Source of the DNA: Sphaeroforma arctica JP610
Lineage: Eukaryota
Length of the DNA stretch: 32,051 nucleotides
Direction of reading: 5' to 3'
Assembly: GCF_001186125.1 (NCBI RefSeq)
Contig: NW_014040530.1
Coordinates: 88,569 to 120,619, forward strand
Shown: in pieces, positions 1-9,667 of the stretch
How the letters are laid out: every line of letters begins with the position of its first letter
Numbering within the stretch: the stretch's first letter is position 1
Program-made: the position numbers and the translations under genes
Notes under the pieces: generated by a model
Told to the model about the DNA's origin: nothing
What the model saw: the letters and a program-made list of their open reading frames with translations, nothing else
Database searches by the model: none

Positions 1-1090
1 AACTGACTAAATTGTATTTTAGTTTAATATAGTTTGAAACCTAGTAATTTCCATCGAAGTTTACACTCCTAGGACTTGGTCCGAAAGCAGGAACCACGCA
101 CCATAGGGCGTGACTTATATAGTGGCTGTAGAGACTAGAGATTGCCAAGTGCCAACTATTGCGCATTTTTTAGTATCCACAAGTGTTCATACTTTACCTG
201 TCTATGTGTCACAACTCGCATCTGGTTCATTTGTTAGGTGACTTAGTCTGGCCCAGAGTAGTTCGGTACTCCGTGGGAGCTCAAAAGTTTACCCGGGAGT
301 AGTTCGGTACGCTTCTGGGTCTGGGCCCTCTGGCCTCTGGGCCCTGGGGGTGGAGTGGGGTGAGTGGGGTCTCTCCTTGACTCTTGTGTCTTTTGTTTTT
401 GTGTTCGGTTTGTTTTTTTAAATGCTTTTAAAAAAAACATAAAAAAAAAATGTTTCGTCAGTTGACGGTCAGTATGTAAATACATATTTTTATTATAAAA
501 TATGTATTCATTCATGTACTGTACATATTTATACATAAAATATTTTTAAAATAAAAAATACATATTTTGGAACTTTGGTTTGTTTTTTAATTAAAATTAA
601 ATAAAATTGGGCTGAGTATGTACATATTCAATAAATATAGTCATATTTGTTTTTTTGATTATTGTAAAAGACCTATGCTGAACAAAGCACGACAGGAGAC
701 AGCCTGGGGTTCCGAGTTCCGACTCCGACAGCCTGGCAGCCTGACTGACTCATTCCACAATAATATCTAAAAATGTAAACGAATAGAAGTCGGAATAACT
801 TTCTGAATTATGTATATCAAATAGACATAGACCAGCTGTGAGCTGAGGCCCTGAGACTGACGGGCCTGAGGCCCTGACTGACCTCCTGAGGCTCCTGTGA
901 GACAATTTTTAAATCAATTATCATACATATCAAAATATATCATTTGATCATTCGATTTACCATAAATCGTATTTTGGTATTCACTTGTGAGAGTATATAT
1001 TCTTCGTAGTGTAACAACATTTCTGCACTAGCACAGCGGTATTCTACAGTACCACTCAAGATCTATCGGTTCACAACGTCAAAATTAAAC

Positions 1091-2724
1091 ATGGACCGCG
1101 AATCTCAGAAAAGCGCACAGCAATATCGGCCAGCAACTCGTGTTGTTAGTGTCGATGCCAATCCTGCAGATCCATACAATCCAGCCTCTACTCCTATCTA
1201 TCAGACTGCTACTTTCAAACAGTCCTCGGCTGTATCTACTGGAGAATATGATTACACACGGAGCGGTAACCCTACGCGCACTCAAACAGAAAGGCACTTA
1301 GCTAAGCTTATGGATGCACAGCGTGCACTCTGCGTCACTAGCGGGATGACTGCGCTGGATGTTATTATGCGCGTTTTAAGCGCAGGGGACGAGGTGATCG
1401 CCGGTGTAGATCTATATGGAGGTTAGTGTTTATATACGTGATAGAGAGTATTTTTTCTTCAACCCTTGTTGTCTTATTTGTTTTGCTTCTGGTAGCGCCC
1501 GCTTCTTATCGTCGTTTGTTTTCTTCAAGACAATTATTTTATACTCCCGGTATTCTTAGGCACAAATAGACTGCTTAAGTTTTTGGAAAAATCCAAGATC
1601 AATACCGTTCATGTAGACACCTGCTTGGTTGAAAACGTAACGTCCGCGATCACAAGCCAAACCAAAATGATTCTACTGGAGACACCCACAAATCCCTTAA
1701 TTGGTGTTTGTGACATAAAAGCAATCGCCGAGATTGCCCATGCACGAAATGAGGTAGGTCAAATCATGAGTCTTTTTGCAGTCGCTCTGTTTCTTCTTAT
1801 GGCAATTACTAGTGCCATGTATACTGCTAATGCCATGTATCATATAGTATACATTTCCAGGATATTTATAGGACTTGTTTGGTACTTTTCGAGTTTTAAT
1901 GTTGTTTGTTTTTGGGGATTACTTTCATCTGTATAGGAGATAATTGTGGTTGTGGACAACACGATGATGACACCTATTCTACAACGTCCTCTTGAGCTTG
2001 GCGCTGATATCGTGTATCACTCTGGGACAAAGTATTTGAGTGGACATCATGATCTAATGGCTGGCGTTATTGGCGTAAAGAAAGAAGCCCTTGGCGATCA
2101 GCTGTACTTTGTTATTAATTCTACGGGTGTTGGCCTCGCTCCTTTCGAGTCATGGCTGCTGATGCGTGGTGTGAAAACACTGGCTGTTCGCTTAGAGAAA
2201 CAGCAAGCATCGGCAATGAAAATTGCAAACTATTTAGAGTCGACTGGCTTGAAGGTAAATTATCCCGGACTCAAAAGTCACCCGAGTTACGAGCTACACA
2301 ACAAGCAAGCCTGTGGCGGCGGCGCTGTGCTGAGCTTCGAAACGGGCTCTACCATGGTGTCCCAACAAATTGTAGAGGGTTGCAAGCTTTTCACTATCTC
2401 CGTGAGTTTTGGCTGCGTAAATTCATTGATCAGGTATGTGAAAAAAAAAATTGTAATATGAAGACCTTTGTCGAGTTCTATGTGGTACCCGGTTGTTCTG
2501 CCTTTTTAAAATTCTTTTTTCAATCAGCTTATATCGCGTTTTGATTTTTTTTGATTTGAAATTGCAGTATGCCATGCCGTATGTCCCATGCGAGCATACC
2601 TCCTGAGGTACGGAAAGAAAGAAATTTAGCCGAGGACGTGATTCGTCTGTGTGTAGGTATTGAAGATGTACGAGATCTTATCGAAGATCTGGATCAGTCA
2701 CTACGGGCAGCGAATGTGATATAG
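1091..2724 (+). CDS. STR3: Cystathionine beta-lyase (Cys/Met metabolism PLP-dependent enzyme; STR3/MetC-type), 4 exons, ~392 aa
   Basis: Phase-consistent GT-AG exons 1091-1421, 1560-1753, 1937-2433, 2568-2724 (1179 nt). Motifs: PIYQTATF, YDYTRSGNPTR, DLYGGTNRLL (across intron 1), LETPTNP, VDNT, PLP-lysine motif SGTKYLSGHHDLMAG, ISVSFGCVNSLISMPCRMSHASIP and IRLCVGIED. The SVSFGCVNSLISMPCRMSH segment is typical of fungal/plant beta-lyases rather than gamma-lyases. Confidence 0.9.
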
Positions 2725-3038
2725 TTTAATGAAATACAAGTCGACTTGGTAGTATTGTAAAGAGCTGCCGGTTAATAGAAATGCAGCTCATTCTAAAACA
2801 TAATATAAAACTGGCGGTGGTAGATGTCTGAGCCAGACATCGTAGCTTAGCGTACACCCCAGTATGAACCAGAAATGCGATTTCAGACGAGGCCTTTTTT
2901 CTTCAGTATCAACCAGAGAGATACAATTTTAGAAGCACTTACACTATGTAAAATTGAATCAAACTTTTGTTTTCTATCGAGTATCAGGGTCTGAAAACGC
3001 AGACCGTCTGCTCGCGTAAATGTCATCATTTTAGTAGA

Positions 3039-4058
3039 TCACTTCGCTTCATATAACGTCGCTTTAGATAACGTTCTTAAATGATCATTGCACCCTGTCC
3101 TCGGGCATGAATGGAGGGATTTCTCTTCCTTGCGCGGAATGTACTTGCAAGATCCACAGCGTACTCCATATTTTTTGTATCGGATACCGCATGCATTGCA
3201 GTATGGGACGCCGTCGGGCGAATCACGCCACATGGGCGTATTGGAAGTCGAGCACGAAGCGCACTGCTTACGGACAGTACTCGTGGTTCCGTCGCCAATG
3301 ATTGATGAGCCGCCACTTTGGCGACCAATAAGCGACTTGTATCTTTTACATTTCTTTGGTGATTCGAAGATGTCGTCCTTCTCTGTTAATTTACGATCTC
3401 TCGTCCCTCTTCTGATACCACAAATGTATTGCTTTGAGTTGATTTCTTCTAACGCACCCCATATTGTCATAGATCCATTGCTTTCTAGAGCTCGGAGCGA
3501 GCTGGTGCTTTCGCTGTCATATCTGTTCCTGTTCCGCGGCCTCGTGGCTTGTGCGCACTCATCCCTCACTACCGCTACACACTGATGGCACATCAATCCA
3601 GCTTCTAATATACAAGTGTCCTCAGCATCTGTACAAACAGTAACTGTGCTGCTTTTTGGCAGATTCATGGTAAACACAACGCCGGGCGTGCCGCCGAGTT
3701 GCGGTTCACTTTTCTTTGGACGAGACTGCTTGCGCACGTACCTCCGATGAGAAACCTTCACTTCAGGATCTTCAACGCTTTCATGTTCTTTTTGCTTCAA
3801 CGTTAATTTTGCGTGATTGACTACCCAGTCGGCGGTGTGAAGAGCCTTTTTCGCCGTTGTTTCGATCCTACTGCTCCCCACTTCAAGTAGCACGCAACGG
3901 CCTGACGTGACTGAGATTGCCGTTTGTGACATCGAGCTGCCATTTCTCGAGCGATAAGGACTGTCTGATCTAAGAATAGCGCTAGTGGCTGATGACGGGG
4001 AATAAGTAGAGATCTCTGCTCGACGACTATCAAGCATAACTACAGTATCTTCATACAT
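3039..4058 (-). CDS. Single GATA zinc-finger transcription factor, ZGLP1 (GLP-1)-like, 339 aa, apparently intronless
   Basis: Uninterrupted ORF. C-terminal C-x2-C-x17-C-x2-C finger CASCSTSNTPMWRDSPDGVPYCNACGIRYKKY, followed by a second Cys set RCGSCKYIPRK...SCPRTGC (3090-3263). The true start could lie in an upstream exon. Confidence 0.85.
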   Translation of the reverse strand: MYEDTVVMLDSRRAEISTYSPSSATSAILRSDSPYRSRNGSSMSQTAISVTSGRCVLLEVGSSRIETTAKKALHTADWVVNHAKLTLKQKEHESVEDPEVKVSHRRYVRKQSRPKKSEPQLGGTPGVVFTMNLPKSSTVTVCTDAEDTCILEAGLMCHQCVAVVRDECAQATRPRNRNRYDSESTSSLRALESNGSMTIWGALEEINSKQYICGIRRGTRDRKLTEKDDIFESPKKCKRYKSLIGRQSGGSSIIGDGTTSTVRKQCASCSTSNTPMWRDSPDGVPYCNACGIRYKKYGVRCGSCKYIPRKEEKSLHSCPRTGCNDHLRTLSKATLYEAK

Positions 4059-4410
4059 TAATATTAAATATGAACGAACATTGCTTGGAACCTCGTCTTA
4101 TTGATCGTATCAAGAATGCCGCAGATTTTGAATTGTTGTTTTGATCGTAGCCTTCAAAAATCAAAAATGGACATTTTGACACGTATGAAAAAGCTGAAAA
4201 TCTGTTATCACGTGAAAGGATCAACGTCCTGTGGCTGACGGGTTTGTTACCCACAAAACCCAAGACACCAAAAATGCGCGGTGTCAATATATAATAATAT
4301 ATACTTAAAAACAAATGAATTCATATTGATATTATAGAGACTGAGATAAATATAATGCTATAGAGGGAATGCGCGTTTGTAACTATTGATCCACATGATT
4401 GCACGAATAC

Positions 4411-4490
4411 ACAGAGACAGAGATAGAGACAGAGAGAGAGAGAGAGAGACAGACACCTATATATGTACACACACACATATATATATACAT

Positions 4491-4537
<47 letters not shown>

Positions 4538-4599
4538 GTATACTACACACACACACACATATATATATAGTGTATATACACACACATATATATATATAG

Positions 4600-4639
<40 letters not shown>

Positions 4640-4691
4640 GCACACACATATATACATACACACATAGAAAATACATACGCACACACACACA

Positions 4692-4724
<33 letters not shown>

Positions 4725-4751
4725 GATATATATATAGATATATATATAGAT

Positions 4752-4784
<33 letters not shown>

Positions 4785-5731
4785 CACATATATATATTTA
4801 TATAGATGACTTGTATAAGCGTGTGTATTCAACACACGCACTATACACACAGACAAAATTTCAGACGTAGACGCAGATACACACACACACATACCTACAA
4901 ACACACGTACACAAACACATTCACACAAACATACACACACATACAATAACACGTGTCAACACAGACACACAAACACACGTGTACAAACACACACACATAC
5001 ACGTGTACACATACACACAAACACAATAGAAAAACCGTAGACACTATATGTACGTATGCATTATGAACTTGTAAATACACAAACACGAATAAATACTAAA
5101 TACAAATATACACTACATACATAAACATCCACATACACTATATATATATAGATATATATATCTATAAACATACACTCACATAATGTATATATATATATAA
5201 ATATATACATAAATATAATTTAATAAATTATATATATATATATATACAGAGAAACGCACACCACACACATACACTATATATAATAATACTAAATATAATA
5301 ATAATAATAATAATAATATATATACATACAAATATAAGTGTACTTACACACATACACATAATATATATATATATATAAATATAATTAAACACATATCTAC
5401 ATACACACACACACACATATATATATAAATATATATATACATGCACACACACACACACACATATATACATATATACATATTCTGTATGTAAGTATTTTCT
5501 TAATTTATGTATGTATGTATGTATTTATTTTGTATGTATGTATTTATTTTGTATGTATGTATGTATAGATAAATATAGATGATAGATGGATGGATGAAGG
5601 GACGGATGGATAGATGGATGTATGTATGGATAGATAGATAGATAGACAGATGAATAGATAGATATAGAAAGAGTTAGACAGACACACGCGCACACACAGA
5701 CACAGACACAGGCATCTATATATATATATAT
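4411..5731. repeat. Compound microsatellite block: (GA)n, (CA)n, (TA)n, (ATA)n, (TATG)n, (GATG)n, (GATA)n
   Basis: Directly visible, e.g. GA run 4430-4449, TA run ~4603-4633, ATA run ~5296-5318, TATG ~5507-5565, GATG/GATA ~5580-5665. It explains the many C/V/Y/I- and H/T/Y-rich spurious ORFs in the track. Confidence 0.97.
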
Positions 5732-6280
5732 TATTGATGTCACATTATTATTGTATTGTATGCATACTCAAAATTGCCCAAGTTCATATATCTAATCATA
5801 ATTAAACTTGGTGACTACTTCACTCACGTGTGTTTGATACGGGTATGTATATACATGTGAAATACATGGATGCCAAATAAAATAAATACTTAGAGCAGCT
5901 GGCCGTGTTCAGTAGGTTTCTTTGTAATTGTGGTGTAGAGTTGCCCACCAATCAGTCTTGTAAGCATGCTACTGAGTTTATTTTTCTTCACCGTCTCCTA
6001 ATTTCGCCTGCTTGGTAGTTTCTCGGCCACCTTGGCTGTAATCAAAGAAAGAAAAGGATATAAGGGAAGCTATAAACTGCCATAACTACAAAGTAAATCG
6101 AAGATGGACCTCAACTTAAAGTATCAATAGGTACAGCGCATACATGGTAATCAGAAGCACACAGGGCCTCAACGCTCTGGTCAATGATCATATTATGAAG
6201 CAAATGCAGTGTCAAACGTTAACTAAAATAAATAAATATCTACCAACTATGGAAAATTTGACATGCAGGCGTAGATATTG

Positions 6281-9200
6281 CTACCTTTTTTTGGCACGCG
6301 GCTTCGGCCCCCAGTTAGCGGTGGGGTTCATAGGGAATCGTTTGAGCTTCAGACCTATGGATGGCGGGAATGCTCCCTCATGCCTCTTGAAGCTAATATC
6401 ATAAAATTCTTTAGGTTCGTCGAATTCGATCATAATGTCGTCCCTATTTTTACCCTCACTAGTAGCTTCCTTTATCACTTGCTCGAGTTGCAAACGCGTA
6501 AGACTTGTAGGCATCTGTCGCAACTTGAACGCTGGCGACCCCTCCTTTATCTGCTGCGACTCAGATCCAGACTCTGGCAAGGTCGCCCATTTCCTATAGA
6601 TGGCCCAGATAAACTCTGGCGGCGCGTCTGTTTTGAAACCAGTATCTTTGCAGTGTGTGCTTGACACGCCAAATCCACCGTTGAGAATTGCAGACCAAAT
6701 TTTCTCTCTCTTAAACCCGGACGACCGACAAGCTGACGCGCACTCTCCGACATCATAGTAGAAAGGTGTTTCGATTTCCTCTTGTGCTACCGTGAGCATT
6801 CCCAATATCCGATCGAATGTTCCATAATTAGATTTGTTCGCTTTCGCATGATCTATTATCTTGTTGACGAATGCTTTGTTGTGAATGGCGCCATTCCATG
6901 CCGGTCCGCCAGTTTTAAACGAAAAGCCACAGTTCTCACACCTTCGGTCGATAATGGGACCAGTGCCAGCTGCGAATTTAGGGCCTTTCTCGGACATGTG
7001 GTACTTGCCTACTTGCTGGAGATAGAATGAGTTGCATCCCTGGCAGTGATACACTAAGGATCCCTTGCTGCAGGAAAAAGTCAAAGCAAAGGCCAAGAAG
7101 ACATGTCAGTATCAGAGCACAATCATAGCATATAATTGGTAGCATTTACAGCTTACCAAATGTGCGTGCAACGGAAGACACGGATCGCGTGTGTATTACC
7201 TTGCAGATTTCTTAACCTCCAGAGGTGACGTGTATACCCTGACGAAGACGCGGAGGTAGAAGTCTATGCTTAACGAAACCATCGGCACGATGTAGCGCTT
7301 GTAACGCGCAGCTTGCGTATTGATACATTGTAGCAGAATGCGCAGGGCCTGTTTAGAGAACAGATAAGGTAATGAGGTAGAGGTGGAACTCACGTTTCGG
7401 ATACTCGCAATAGCCGATCATGAAAATTAGAATGTTGCCTGATGATGCCTGGCCCGAAATCGGGTGACCATCGTTGTGGTACAACAGCAATACAGAAAAA
7501 GGCGTCTTGTATACCATTTCGTGGCAGTACGGAGCCTTTATCGGCATAGAGCCGTACTTCGCGTACCCAGCTTCCGAGTGATTACCAGCCAACACAGCCA
7601 TGTCTGTCGCAGTCACACACAGTAGACCTGATCAGAGAGAAGAAATACACGCCCACGGTCAGAGTACAATTTATTTTTGATCTCTTAGGGTAAGCGAAAA
7701 AGAGCTTTGCACGTGTTCAACACTTGTTATGGATTGATTTGCAACAACATTGATACTGAAATAAATACTCACCTCCTTCGGCAACAGCCTGAATGGCGCC
7801 ATCTAGAAACGTGGTGGGTGACCCATAGGGATCCAAGTCGATGACATGGAACTGATCTTTGCTATTACGATTTTTGTAACACACCATAGCGCAATCATCT
7901 GTGAAGCGAGAGTGAGATTAGAGGATTTAAATACTAAGAATATGCTTCAGCACGTCACATAAAGATTGCAGAATTTATCTGGATGTGGTGATTTTACGCA
8001 TTGTAACTACAGCTATCTTCAGTGTTAGCTTCGTCGATAGATATTAGAAATGAATTCAAGCCCAAATAAATCCCTTGGTAACAGAAAGCATGTGAGCCAC
8101 TAGTAATCACGTGTACAAGTTGGTACAACACGACTAAAGTGGAACTGTATAGAACTTCAGACCATTGCGCAATACCGTGATTAGGCTGCACTAGTCCCTC
8201 TGGAATTCCGTTGAATTCGCAATTCTTAGCGATAGTCTTCACTGCCTCCGCAGAAAAATCATTCGCCACGATTGTTTTGACGTTGGGAATCTACAGTAGG
8301 AAAGCGGATACTCAGCGATAAGAATGTAGATATTCAGCGACAAGGAAAAATATTGCCTAGACTGTTGATCTACAATTGGTATTATTCATCAAGGACATCA
8401 GACGCAAATAGAACAAGTCTTTCTATAGAAAAACGACAATAAACCAAATAGGACAGGATGGTTCTAGGACTAGACGGCATCTAAGACCAATAAGTATCGA
8501 ACACGATCTTACCGCTTATTGAATACAACACATGCAAGACTCGTCAGCGACTTTGACAAGTGTTCGATTTAAATGAAGAGTGACAGGATTATAATCTCAT
8601 GGGAATACACATTTAGTCCGCATACTTGTACACAACTAAACATCAACATACCTCCTTCGCGAAGCGCATGGACCGCAAACCAGTGGCAGACAATCCTTCG
8701 AGTATCCGAATACCACGAGCCGGTTCCGTGGGATCCCTCCACTTAATATTTTTGGCTTCAACTCGAGCGATCTTCTTTAGCAACTCAGCCTTCTGTTCTG
8801 CGTACAGAGTCTCTTCGAACATACGGATAGTGGCTATGCTCAGATCGCGGTTGAACTCTTGTACGGGATTGTAAAAGACAGAGCTATCAGCAGGGAATAG
8901 ACCATTCGCTTTCCCCTCGACTATAACTGTGAAACCTTCTGGCGGCGTGGGTGTATCCGTGATACTATCATTGTTCATTGTGTTGGTGGGCACAATCGCC
9001 TCTGGCTTTGACTCTGCATCATTCATGCTAGATGATATACTTTGCGATATAAACCTTGCTGGAATTCTGGTCGTTACCAGTTTAAAGGTAGAAATGTGAT
9101 CCAAGAACGATGGATCTCTTGTATATGTAGGTGCGATACGAGAGGGATGTGAAGGCAGCCCGGCTCGCTTACAATTACGCAGGATCCCAGACAACAGCAT
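6281..9200 (-). CDS. TRM1: tRNA (guanine(26)-N2,N2)-dimethyltransferase Trm1/TRMT1, 6 exons, ~612 aa
   Basis: Phase-consistent exons 9200-8652, 8290-8176, 7898-7773, 7627-7515, 7348-7200, 7067-6281 (1839 nt). Motifs: [64 protein letters not shown], CxxC pairs, VSSTHC..GFKTDAP and C-terminal [20 protein letters not shown] possible extra terminal exon lies at 6035-5978 (see findings). Confidence 0.95.
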
Positions 9201-9667
9201 GGAATTAGTATGTGATAATTATGATGTGATAGTGTTGTAGAAAATACTGTGCTTCAAGTTCCCGTGGGGGTTCACATGCCCCGTAGGCCGCAGCCCCGGC
9301 CGGGGGGGCACTGCGGGTCTAAAAACCCTGAGGTAGGGTTATGAATCACAGGCAAAATTGATGACCACAAAGCTATCGTATAAGTAGATCTGGTCGATCA
9401 ACCATTTAGAATAACATCTACAGTAGACTACGACACACCAACAATGTACTATTATTAATTTACTATTATCCTTTGCAGTTTGCACCCTATGTAGTGTTCA
9501 TTTAAGGCGTCATACGGCTTCTTAAGAGGCGGCATAAAGCAAGTTGTGATTGGTCATGTTCAGCACGAAGTTCAATTAAACTCTAGAGACACGACGCGAA
9601 TCTCAGTGTGCTTTGTGATCAAAGGGAAGCATAATTTGCTAGCTTTACCCTGAAATCCAACGGCAAT
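9201..9667. promoter_or_regulatory. Probable bidirectional promoter between TRM1 (-) and PIKfyve (+)
   Basis: Only 467 bp separate the divergent ATGs (9200 and the proposed 9668). The interval contains a GC-rich inverted-repeat cluster (9266-9340) and an inverted CCAAT box (GATTGG, 9548-9553). The call depends on the PIKfyve start being 9668. Confidence 0.5.

Noticed and set aside
48..230. Minus-strand coding exons at the left edge
   Set aside because: A donor-like site exists near 198, but phase-matched continuations hit stops and show no recognisable homology.
256..310. GTTCGG as the T-loop/B-box of a tRNA or SINE
   Set aside because: No cloverleaf or A-box at the proper spacing.
3077..3585. 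Overlapping and antisense ORFs over the GATA gene (similarly over TRM1 and PIKfyve)
   Set aside because: They are shadow frames of real coding sequence with no recognisable motifs.
4321..5743. Numerous C/V/Y/I- and H/T/Y-rich ORFs
   Set aside because: They are translations of dinucleotide and tetranucleotide microsatellites, with no coding signal.
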